This document shows, one piece after another, positions 1-8,237 of a stretch of DNA of 64,000 nucleotides. This stretch comes from a virus (taxonomy: Duplodnaviria > Caudoviricetes). The position numbers and the translations under genes were made by a program. The stretch is from positions 1 to 64,000 of IMG/VR virus record IMGVR_UViG_2740892469_000001. One strand, 5' to 3'. Below the pieces are notes generated by a model. That model searched no databases. It was given only the letters and a program-made list of their open reading frames with translations, and was not told the origin of the DNA. How positions within the stretch are numbered: the stretch's first letter is position 1; each line of letters starts with the position of its first letter.

Positions 1-52
1 CCCCAGCTGCAACTGGGGTTTAAGACACAACCAAAACCGCCAGGAGACGATT

Positions 53-208
53 ATGTCTGAAGAACAATATAGCAAATTTAGAAACGCAACTCTACCAGAG
101 CTTTTAAATTTCGAAGCTCATGATGTGATTGAATGGCTCAAAGGCCAAGGCGATTTTATGGGCGAAGCCGTTGCCAAACAGTGCTATCAGCATTTAGCGC
201 GTCAATAA
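53..208 (+). CDS. Small hypothetical protein, 51 aa (MSEEQYSKF...HLARQ)
   Basis: Translated by hand (below the ORF-track cutoff); AGGAG RBS at 42-46; followed by a hairpin. Confidence 0.6.
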   Translation: MSEEQYSKFRNATLPELLNFEAHDVIEWLKGQGDFMGEAVAKQCYQHLARQ

Positions 209-221
209 CCCTTAAACCAAA

Positions 222-243
222 AACGGCACCACACGGTGCCGTT
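222..243. terminator. Hairpin between convergent genes, probable terminator
   Basis: AACGGCACC-ACAC-GGTGCCGTT perfect stem. Confidence 0.55.
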
Positions 244-568
244 AATGCTTTAGCGCTTCGGACAGCTCCTCTAAAAACTTCACCAGCACTCGCTTCACCT
301 TTAAAGGGAACTTTCTCGCCATCGCGGCCACATCCTTTTCCGAGACGAACTCATGCGAGAAAAGGTCAATGGATACGTCCATGTCCGACATTTCCAACAC
401 GCGCAAATATTCCCGATATTGCCCGAGTTTCATGTCCGTTCGGCCACTCTCAATTCTTTGTATTGTGCTCAAACTGATCCCTGTTAAAGCTGACATTTTT
501 TCTTGTGATATGCCTTTGTTTTCTCGGTATCTGCGCAACACATAGACTATTGGATCTATCTTGCTCAT
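242..568 (-). CDS. XRE/Cro-family HTH transcription regulator
   Basis: LRRYRENKGISQEKMSALTGISLSTIQRIESG is an HTH_3 motif; ATG at 568 (track start 577). Confidence 0.85.
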   Translation of the reverse strand: MSKIDPIVYVLRRYRENKGISQEKMSALTGISLSTIQRIESGRTDMKLGQYREYLRVLEMSDMDVSIDLFSHEFVSEKDVAAMARKFPLKVKRVLVKFLEELSEALKH

Positions 569-606
569 AAAACACACGCCAGTTTTGATATGAATTTACT
601 ATAAAT

Positions 607-622
607 CCGTCATTAATGACGG
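607..622. promoter_or_regulatory. 16-bp perfect palindrome, candidate operator
   Basis: CCGTCATTAATGACGG in the AT-rich divergent intergenic region. Confidence 0.5.
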
Positions 623-824
623 CATTATCAATAATCGATATATGCGTTCACTTGAAAACATTGGATTATTGATACTATCCAAACCAACAAACGTGCCAGA
701 AGAGCTCGTTATGTAAAAACAACGTCTTAAGGGCAATAAACAAGCCCTTGCGCATTTCAGATTATCCGTATTCTGAATATGCAAATCAAAATGCATAAAA
801 TAATCATAGTTGGACTAAGGTTGT

Positions 825-1010
825 ATGAAAAACTGGGATATAAAAAAACTTATTGGAGAGCTGGAAATGATGGCACTGTCGGCAGAGCCTGGAATGGTGA
901 TTACTGAGGAGATGAGCATTTCTTGCAGTATGACTCTGCAAAGGGCAGTCAGTGAGCTAAAGAGTAAAGATAATGATCGGGATATCGCTTACTCGACCAA
1001 TCCGCAATAG
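825..1010 (+). CDS. Small ORF (61 aa) divergent from the XRE regulator; candidate antirepressor
   Basis: AAGG RBS, own downstream terminator; function inferred from layout only. Confidence 0.55.
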   Translation: MKNWDIKKLIGELEMMALSAEPGMVITEEMSISCSMTLQRAVSELKSKDNDRDIAYSTNPQ

Positions 1011-1038
1011 ATAACTGCGAACGGCGAAAAATAGACAC

Positions 1039-1075
1039 AAAAAAAGGGCCACCGCGCAATGCAGTGGCCCTTCTT
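1039..1075. terminator. Bidirectional intrinsic terminator
   Basis: A-tract, GGGCCAC...GTGGCCC stem, TTCTT; lies between convergent genes. Confidence 0.65.
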
Positions 1076-1136
1076 GATTCATATTGTTGCTAGGCCATGG
1101 TTTTGGGTCCATGGACACATAGCGGCGCATACAGCC

Positions 1137-1397
1137 CTAAATATAGGGTCGGTAGTTGTGGTAAAACTTTCGCGCCTGATCGACTTCCCATTCAAACGCC
1201 TTTCGGCAATGGTCCTCCTGCTTGAATAGCTTCAAGAACAGCCAATCAATCAACTTGATGGGCGAGCGCTTACCTTGTCGTACACGAATGTAACTCCAAC
1301 CGCTAATCGTGAGATCAGACTGACCAGTAAGCAAGTGCAGCACAAACATGTTCAGCGCCAGCAGGACGCGCATAAACAGCGACCAAATTCGCTTCAT
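1137..1397 (-). CDS. Small phage protein downstream of the tail tip gene
   Basis: Hydrophobic N-terminus, IDWLF...DHCRKAFEWE motif, RBS present. Confidence 0.65.
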   Translation of the reverse strand: MKRIWSLFMRVLLALNMFVLHLLTGQSDLTISGWSYIRVRQGKRSPIKLIDWLFLKLFKQEDHCRKAFEWEVDQARKFYHNYRPYI

Positions 1398-1440
1398 ATC
1401 ATTTCCTTTTTATGGTTATAAAAAAGGCTTAGATTTTCAC

Positions 1441-4254
1441 CTAAGCCACTTTTGGGTATCCCTGTTCGTCGGGTTCGTTGTTATCATCCTCATACACGCG
1501 CACATCATAGTTCACCGCCTTAACGCTGCACTTCTCAGTGCCTTGTGGCGTCACATCATTAATGAGCGCTGGATAACACCACTTATCCGCTGGACCAAAC
1601 AGCCACAATGGCGGTTCCATTTCACCGTCGAGTGAGGGCGTAAAGCCCAAGTTACTGGTGATGATGACTTCGTTAGGATGACTCCCTTTGGTGCAAACAT
1701 GCGGCCCTGATGCCCTACCATCGGGTTTTCGGACGGTGATGTGATGCACTCCGCTTTCCCATTCCAGTGGCAAGTCCAGCCATAGGTGCGTCTTGCCGTT
1801 CTGAATGCTAAACCCTTCTAACCTGCCGCTTTGCGCGTAACCTGGCACATCGTCACCCAAAGCAACGTAATCGAGGTAGTTAGAGTTAAAGGCATCCATC
1901 TCAGTTTGGAATGAATACTGAAAGCGTCGGTAGCGCTTCTTACGTCGCACTCGCATACCAAATTGCCACGCTTTAGTTGGGTCGGTCACACCAAACGCTC
2001 TGACTTTCTCCGGTTTGATGCCGAGGTCACCAGGCAGCAAGCACATTATGGTTTCCGGTTTCCATGTCAGAGTGGAGAAGTATTCCACCTCCACACCGTC
2101 GGGCTCTTCTTCGCGAATAAAGCTGCCTGAGCGCTCCAAGCCTTTACCAAGCATGTTGTCCGGTTGGTACTGAAAATCAAAAGTGGTTCTTGGCTCATCC
2201 CGTACCGGAATGATTTGACCGTATTTGAGCGTTGGCTCTGCGTAACCGACGAGCAAGACTTTCTTCAATACCTCGAACAAGGTGCTGCTGTCGGTGAATA
2301 CTGCGTCGAACGTATCCCCTCTGGCTTTCCAAACCTCATGCAAACGCAGCAGCTCGTAATGACCGATGTGAACATCACTCAATCCACTATCAAGAATGAT
2401 GTAGCGGATAGCCGGTGCTATGTCTCGGGTCGGGTAAAGCTCTTGCGTCCAACCTCCTAGCCCATCTGGAATTTGCAGCTTACGGGTTGGCACCACGCCC
2501 AGCTTATTCTCCGCGCTACGCGAGAGCGAGTTACTGCCACGGATTTTGAAGGCGATGGTGGTGAAGTCGTCATACTTGGTGTTGCTATCAAGTCGCGCTT
2601 TCAATCGGCGGTACTCGATGCGATCCAAATACTTGAGGTCTTTATTGTCGTTTGTGATGCGATACACGCGTACTTCAGGGCGAACTTTACGACCTAAGTC
2701 AATTTCGACGGTTTCCGCAAGCTGATCGCGAGTGCCGTCTCGGCGTTCGTACTTGACTTGGTTCCACTCAGTTTCTCCCTCTCCGCGCCATTCAATCATG
2801 GCCTCGACAGTGAGCGCGTTGGTGTCGCCATTCTTGTTCACGTATCCAAGGCCGTCAGGGTGTTTGAAGTCGATGTAAATCTTATCGGCCACCTCTGAGG
2901 CTGGGCAGGCAAAGTGTGGGCCTGCAGGTTTACCAGGCAGTGCCACTTCGGTTTCAAGCGTCCACCCTTTGTTCTCGCCTTGATGCGTGAAGACATCCCA
3001 CCACACCTGCGCTTTCGTCCCTTCGGGATACAGCCTATCGACTCGGCCTTTCGGGTTGTTCGCTTCACGGATGATATAGCGGCCATCGTCCGTGCCGTGA
3101 AACTTGATGGGATGATGGCGCGTTTCTGACGGTACGGTGTCGACCGTTATCCAGTAGCCCTCACCATTTAAGATGCGCAGCGCATAGAACGTCTCGCCAT
3201 TGACCTCGAACGTTTGCTTGATGTCCACCATGCCCACTGAATATTCCACCACGGGGTCGGCTTCATGTGGGACGTAATAGTTGGTCGGGTATTCAACATA
3301 ATCGCCTTGATTACAATTGTGTAAATCAGGGTCACGCGACCAAAAGTTAAGAATGTCTGCCCCATTTTCGTTTCGCCAGCCACCATCACCACTTGCTTCG
3401 GTGATCTCACGAATACCAGGCGAACCGGATATTTTGATGATGTGGCCAGCTTCCCATTCAACAGGCCAGTATTCTGTTGCGAGTCCATCCACATCGCTCA
3501 CCACGCCGAGCGTATCGTCCACCACATTGACTTGGCTCGGAGTGATGGAGTTAATCGGCCCTTCTAGCTCGATCCCAGCCGTGGAAGACGTCGAACCGAC
3601 CTCGCGTGAGGTGTAAATGTTTTCGTGCGCTGGGTGGCTGGTCACGTCCTCCCCTGGCGAAAACACTTGATAACTGATGTCCCCTGCGTATTTCGACACA
3701 GGCGTGTCACTGATGGTGATGTCGTCGCCCGTAAGCTCAAACTCGCCATTGCCAATGGCGGTCATCATGAGCAGATACTCTTCATCTTCTGAGAAATACC
3801 AATGCGGCTCACTGATGATGTCAGGGAAGGTTTTGTGGCGTCCAAACAGCTCAGGGATGATCCCCATCAATCGCACTCGGTTGCCTTGTGCGTTGGCTTC
3901 ATAAATCGGACTGCCTTCTGGCATGGTTTTCTGGAAGTTGTCAGGGATTTGGTTCATGGCGTAGATGGCCGCGCCAGCCGCCACCACCGCGATCACCGCA
4001 TAAGCGATACTTGCAGGGTCTTTCGGCTCGGCAACCAACTCCACTAAGTCACCGTCTTGCCAAACATAATCAAACCAATCTGAGCAAGTGCGCTGTTTTT
4101 TATTCACGAAATAAGAAAACGGCGGCGTTTCTGATACGTAGTAACCTTTGATGTTCGCAGCCATCCAATCATTGAGCGTTTGCCCAGGTTTGATTGGGGT
4201 AAACTCGCACTTACTACGATTGAGCTTGTTGGGATAAACCGCTAGTACAGTCAT
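1441..4254 (-). CDS. Tail tip / host specificity protein (TipJ-like)
   Basis: 937 aa; IPELFGRHKTFPD and DGVEVEYFS..TW motifs; follows the NlpC/P60 gene in the tail operon. Confidence 0.85.
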   Translation of the reverse strand: MTVLAVYPNKLNRSKCEFTPIKPGQTLNDWMAANIKGYYVSETPPFSYFVNKKQRTCSDWFDYVWQDGDLVELVAEPKDPASIAYAVIAVVAAGAAIYAMNQIPDNFQKTMPEGSPIYEANAQGNRVRLMGIIPELFGRHKTFPDIISEPHWYFSEDEEYLLMMTAIGNGEFELTGDDITISDTPVSKYAGDISYQVFSPGEDVTSHPAHENIYTSREVGSTSSTAGIELEGPINSITPSQVNVVDDTLGVVSDVDGLATEYWPVEWEAGHIIKISGSPGIREITEASGDGGWRNENGADILNFWSRDPDLHNCNQGDYVEYPTNYYVPHEADPVVEYSVGMVDIKQTFEVNGETFYALRILNGEGYWITVDTVPSETRHHPIKFHGTDDGRYIIREANNPKGRVDRLYPEGTKAQVWWDVFTHQGENKGWTLETEVALPGKPAGPHFACPASEVADKIYIDFKHPDGLGYVNKNGDTNALTVEAMIEWRGEGETEWNQVKYERRDGTRDQLAETVEIDLGRKVRPEVRVYRITNDNKDLKYLDRIEYRRLKARLDSNTKYDDFTTIAFKIRGSNSLSRSAENKLGVVPTRKLQIPDGLGGWTQELYPTRDIAPAIRYIILDSGLSDVHIGHYELLRLHEVWKARGDTFDAVFTDSSTLFEVLKKVLLVGYAEPTLKYGQIIPVRDEPRTTFDFQYQPDNMLGKGLERSGSFIREEEPDGVEVEYFSTLTWKPETIMCLLPGDLGIKPEKVRAFGVTDPTKAWQFGMRVRRKKRYRRFQYSFQTEMDAFNSNYLDYVALGDDVPGYAQSGRLEGFSIQNGKTHLWLDLPLEWESGVHHITVRKPDGRASGPHVCTKGSHPNEVIITSNLGFTPSLDGEMEPPLWLFGPADKWCYPALINDVTPQGTEKCSVKAVNYDVRVYEDDNNEPDEQGYPKVA

Positions 4255-4639
4255 GTTCGATGTAGTACCTCGTAATTAGTGACATACGCTCAAAATCAGA
4301 CAGGCGACAGAGCCAAGGTCGGCCCATTTTTCGCCCTGTTTGAGCCACTTTCAGCCCGTTTTCATTCACCACGACACCCACATGCACCAAAGTATCTTCA
4401 ATCAGATGGCATGCGATTGCGCCGTCTATCGGGGCGGTTTCAACATAACCACCCACCAATTGGTGATAGGCGTCGGTCATGCCTGCTTTGTCGTCTGGGT
4501 CCACGGTCCCAAAGCTGTCCAATAGGGATAAGCCGTGGTGAAGGTGGCGAACCAAACGAACAAAGCCCCAACAATCCAGACCATGCTCGTCACGACCATG
4601 ATCAAGATAAGGCACCGCCATTAACTCATTTAAAGTCAT
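4214..4639 (-). CDS. NlpC/P60-family tail tip assembly protein
   Basis: PYLDHGRDEHGLDCWGFV and HVGVV motifs; ATG at 4639 overlaps the upstream stop. Confidence 0.85.
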   Translation of the reverse strand: MTLNELMAVPYLDHGRDEHGLDCWGFVRLVRHLHHGLSLLDSFGTVDPDDKAGMTDAYHQLVGGYVETAPIDGAIACHLIEDTLVHVGVVVNENGLKVAQTGRKMGRPWLCRLSDFERMSLITRYYIEHDCTSGLSQQAQS

Positions 4640-5175
4640 TAGTTCCCCTGGTACTTGAGTCCTTTGGTGATCGTTGGCGTGTAGCGGCGTTTCGGCCATG
4701 CTCGGTTCACCAAGTCATGAAACGACGCGACAACGCCAACGGTTTGGATGTTGTCTTTTTCACTGACCGCCGTCAGCGTGAGGGGTGGCTCGGCAGGTGC
4801 CGAGACATGGGGATACAAGTAAAAGCGATACGTGATGGTCACTTTGCTGCCATCTTCCATGGCTTTATCAATAAAGCGACGGGCCTCGCCCGTCACGTTA
4901 TCAATCTGGAATTGCAGGTTCTGTTTCCCTTTGACGCTTTTACCCGGTAATGACACCCCGAACGCCGACGCTCGAAAGAAGGTCTCTACCCCTGTCTCTA
5001 GCCCAAGATAAATGCCTTCCACACCATCAACTTCAAGATGATAGAAACCGTCAGCCAGACGAATGACCGATTCCGGCTCGCCTTTCTGATACGCATCTTC
5101 ATTTTTAATTTCTATGGTGTGGATGGGGATTTTATCGACAGGAGCAGAGGCGTAATAAACCTCTATGGCTTTCAT
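4639..5175 (-). CDS. Minor tail protein (DUF1833 / gpL-like)
   Basis: LQFQIDNVTGEA and NRAWPKRRYT motifs; position in the tail operon. Confidence 0.75.
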   Translation of the reverse strand: MKAIEVYYASAPVDKIPIHTIEIKNEDAYQKGEPESVIRLADGFYHLEVDGVEGIYLGLETGVETFFRASAFGVSLPGKSVKGKQNLQFQIDNVTGEARRFIDKAMEDGSKVTITYRFYLYPHVSAPAEPPLTLTAVSEKDNIQTVGVVASFHDLVNRAWPKRRYTPTITKGLKYQGN

Positions 5176-5180
5176 AACAT

Positions 5181-5864
5181 TTATTGCACATTGATGTTTA
5201 AAGGAGAGAAGTAGCTGCGTAACTGGCTATTCACTTTGCTGATGGTCTGTTCATCCAACAGCTTGTTGTAAATAAGTAGTGCCGAGACGTGGATGATAGG
5301 CTCTCGTCCCACTTGGCTCTCACCCAGACGGATTTTATCCATTGATTTCGAGATTGGGTTCTCCGACGTTTTAGATGCCACCATGTTCAGTCCAGGCACG
5401 CTCAACTTAACCATGTTTTGGCTTCGCTGAGAAACTGACAGGAATGGGCTATCAACATCAAACGCGAGCGTGCTTGGTTGAACCGCAGAGCCATCAACAC
5501 TGTCCTTGCCCCAAATGATCAACTTACCTGCTTGAGAATAGACAGTAAAACCATCGGTATACGTACCGACCATAAAGCTATTCACGGCAGGAGTGGCAAC
5601 ACGCTTACCCACCATAAACACGGTCAGTTCTTCGTGCTCAGCATCGACAACATTGGTCGTGATGATGTCGGTGGCACTATTAATGGTAATGCCTGACTCA
5701 TCCAAAATAGGATTACCTGTGATGCTCAACTGACCACCTGCTAATGTGGAGATACGACCATCAAAAGTGTAGCCAGCAATCAACCCTTCAGCCTCTACAG
5801 GAAAAAAGACAGGTAAGTTCGGGTTGTCAAAATTGGCGTTATTTAAGCGAATAACAGTAGCCAT
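5181..5864 (-). CDS. Beta-rich LamG/concanavalin-like tail-associated protein
   Basis: Beta-rich sequence ending IRLG...VSALLIYNKLLDEQTI...YF; adjacent to the esterase gene. Confidence 0.5.
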   Translation of the reverse strand: MATVIRLNNANFDNPNLPVFFPVEAEGLIAGYTFDGRISTLAGGQLSITGNPILDESGITINSATDIITTNVVDAEHEELTVFMVGKRVATPAVNSFMVGTYTDGFTVYSQAGKLIIWGKDSVDGSAVQPSTLAFDVDSPFLSVSQRSQNMVKLSVPGLNMVASKTSENPISKSMDKIRLGESQVGREPIIHVSALLIYNKLLDEQTISKVNSQLRSYFSPLNINVQ

Positions 5865-5866
5865 AA

Positions 5867-7765
5867 TTAAATTTCCTTCATGAAAGCGACTAGATAATTG
5901 TGAAGAGGGTGAACAACGCCATCGATGTTGATGTGCTCATGCTCAGTGGCCGTGTCACGAACACACCCATCATGGAATCGGGCATAGCTGATTTGTAATG
6001 GCGACGACAACGTTCGATCAGCTTTGATTCGAATCGCATTGTCATTAACGATTTCGACAGACTGAATAACCGCTTCACCATTTAAATCCTTTAAACGAAA
6101 ACCTGCGTGAGACTCACCGGGTTCGATGACTAAGCCCTTATTTGGAACGTGAAGCTTAATGTCAACACTGTTCCCTGAGTAACTGAAAGACACTGGAGAT
6201 AGTGGTTTCCACTTAATGCCATCCACCATCACGCGTTTCCATGCTTTGCCTAAATAAGCGCCCAACAACTTGTAACTGTAATTCGGCATGTGGATTTCAT
6301 CGGCAACGAAATCCATCCAATACGTCGGAGTGGCAATAAAGATAAGTGGATCTAGCTCAGAAGCGAGCATCTGAGCATTAGGCACTCCCCACATGCGATC
6401 ATCGGTGCGATACAAGGCTGGTGCCGTTTGGTAACTAAACATCGGCAAGTTCGCCACTTGGTTGCCACTTCGGATAGCTTGCATGTCCTTTCTGAGTTTG
6501 AGCAGTTGAGTGACATAAGCTTCTGAGTCTGGGTTGCCGAGGTCATTTTCACCTTGAACCCAAAACACTCCAGCTAACGAAGTGCCACGACCATCTCGTT
6601 TCGCAGCTTCTTGCCCGTTGAGAACCATTTGTTCAAATCTTGCGAAATTCACCGTGCCCTTTGACAGTTCTTCAATCTTGGTCGAACTGCGGCCAGCGCC
6701 TCCCATCAAGAACGCCAACTGAAGCCCACCATTTTCTCGATCACATAAGTCATGAATCATTTGCAAGACACCCGCTTGTGGGGTTTCACGGTTACGATTC
6801 GCGGTGCCCTCTTTGTAAGGCATCAGAGGGTAAAACTCGGGGATGGTATTGGATTCAACATAGGCACCGTGTGAAAACATGTAATCAACGGGACTGTCTT
6901 GAATGGATATGGCAGGCTCACCTTCGGCACCAACCGATAACGACTGCCCGTACATAATGAGCTGCGTCAGTTCAGACAACGGTGGTAGATTTAAATCCTT
7001 AGGCTCGATAAGACGGTTTACGGTCAATTCAACATCATCAAAGCCTAACTTTTCCAGTTTGAGACCAGGAATTTCAATCGTGCCATCATCATTTACTTTC
7101 AAGGCGATTCTATTTTTGCTGTCGAGCACCACGAGCTCTTCACCGCCGTCTCGCGCTTCAAAGTTCATATTGGCGACACTCAACGTGCCATCGGCCAAAA
7201 GCTGCAAAAGGATTTGGTTAAACTGGTTCATAAACAACAGATCGCCAGAATCACCTGCCAATTCCGTTAATAAACCAGAGAACTCAACCGCGCCATTCGA
7301 ACGCACCCCAATGGCTTGACGGCCATTTCTGTCTGTGACCGCAAACTCCGTATTGCTAGTATTTTTGTTAACGTTTTCAAGCCCTAGTTCATCAACGCGA
7401 AATTCAGCTTTATCAAACAGTGCATTGGCTAACAGTGATACATCATAAGGCGACTTTTCCCATATCGTCCCAGTCCAACCGTATAGACCATTATTTTCCG
7501 GCTTCGAGTCGCGCCAAACTTCAGCAAGAACAATATTTTCAGGTGGAAAGACAGGCAAACTAGCTCGGGTTTCGTAAGCCTGTCGACCTTGAACCATCGC
7601 TTGTATTGCGGACCATTTATCTGCGATGTCTTTGCTCACTGAAGGTTTGATAACGCCACCGACGGTAACAGTGTCTTGCTCGCCACCTATTAGTATTTGG
7701 TTCAGCCAGTCAATATACTGACGAAGCTCTTCCATCATTTGAAAAAAATTATTGCTATTTGTCAT
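5867..7765 (-). CDS. Tail fibre/spike with C-terminal SGNH hydrolase (sialate O-acetylesterase-like) domain
   Basis: YGQSL, WVQGEND and DEIH SGNH blocks; NNGLYGWTG..WEKSPYD N-terminal fibre motif. Confidence 0.75.
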   Translation of the reverse strand: MTNSNNFFQMMEELRQYIDWLNQILIGGEQDTVTVGGVIKPSVSKDIADKWSAIQAMVQGRQAYETRASLPVFPPENIVLAEVWRDSKPENNGLYGWTGTIWEKSPYDVSLLANALFDKAEFRVDELGLENVNKNTSNTEFAVTDRNGRQAIGVRSNGAVEFSGLLTELAGDSGDLLFMNQFNQILLQLLADGTLSVANMNFEARDGGEELVVLDSKNRIALKVNDDGTIEIPGLKLEKLGFDDVELTVNRLIEPKDLNLPPLSELTQLIMYGQSLSVGAEGEPAISIQDSPVDYMFSHGAYVESNTIPEFYPLMPYKEGTANRNRETPQAGVLQMIHDLCDRENGGLQLAFLMGGAGRSSTKIEELSKGTVNFARFEQMVLNGQEAAKRDGRGTSLAGVFWVQGENDLGNPDSEAYVTQLLKLRKDMQAIRSGNQVANLPMFSYQTAPALYRTDDRMWGVPNAQMLASELDPLIFIATPTYWMDFVADEIHMPNYSYKLLGAYLGKAWKRVMVDGIKWKPLSPVSFSYSGNSVDIKLHVPNKGLVIEPGESHAGFRLKDLNGEAVIQSVEIVNDNAIRIKADRTLSSPLQISYARFHDGCVRDTATEHEHINIDGVVHPLHNYLVAFMKEI

Positions 7766-8231
7766 TCTTCCAGCTCTCTGTGTAATAGCGGCTCATGTCG
7801 ATCTCTGTCATCAGTTCATTAAGCGTATGAGGGAATAAAATCTGGCTAACGGTGATTTCTTCGCTTTGGATTGGGTATTGGCGAATTTCACATTTCACGG
7901 TGTAGTAAAACTTGCCACCTTTTTGCTTGGCGTCTTTGAGTGGGTGGTCTTTCATTTTGATTTGTAGGGGAACCACGCCCAGCTCGGTGCGCTGGTTTAA
8001 GGTAAACCAACGAATGCCACCACTGAGTGCATGGTCTACCCAACCAAGAAACGCCGCTGCTTTGTCCTTTGGCATCCGAAACACGAGGGTTTGGAACGTC
8101 GGCACGATGACATGCCGACGACGGTCCCGAGTACGCCCTGTCGACATTTCCGTGGAAATACGATTGGACATCTGTTCGATTTTGTCGGGAAACTGAGGAT
8201 GTGGCAGGTAGCTTGGGTACATCATTGTCAT
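7755..8231 (-). CDS. Distal tail / minor tail protein
   Basis: Directly after the tape measure; YPSYLPHP...STEMSTGRTRDRR...GGIRWF. Confidence 0.7.
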   Translation of the reverse strand: MTMMYPSYLPHPQFPDKIEQMSNRISTEMSTGRTRDRRRHVIVPTFQTLVFRMPKDKAAAFLGWVDHALSGGIRWFTLNQRTELGVVPLQIKMKDHPLKDAKQKGGKFYYTVKCEIRQYPIQSEEITVSQILFPHTLNELMTEIDMSRYYTESWKNDK

Positions 8232-8237
8232 GAGTGC

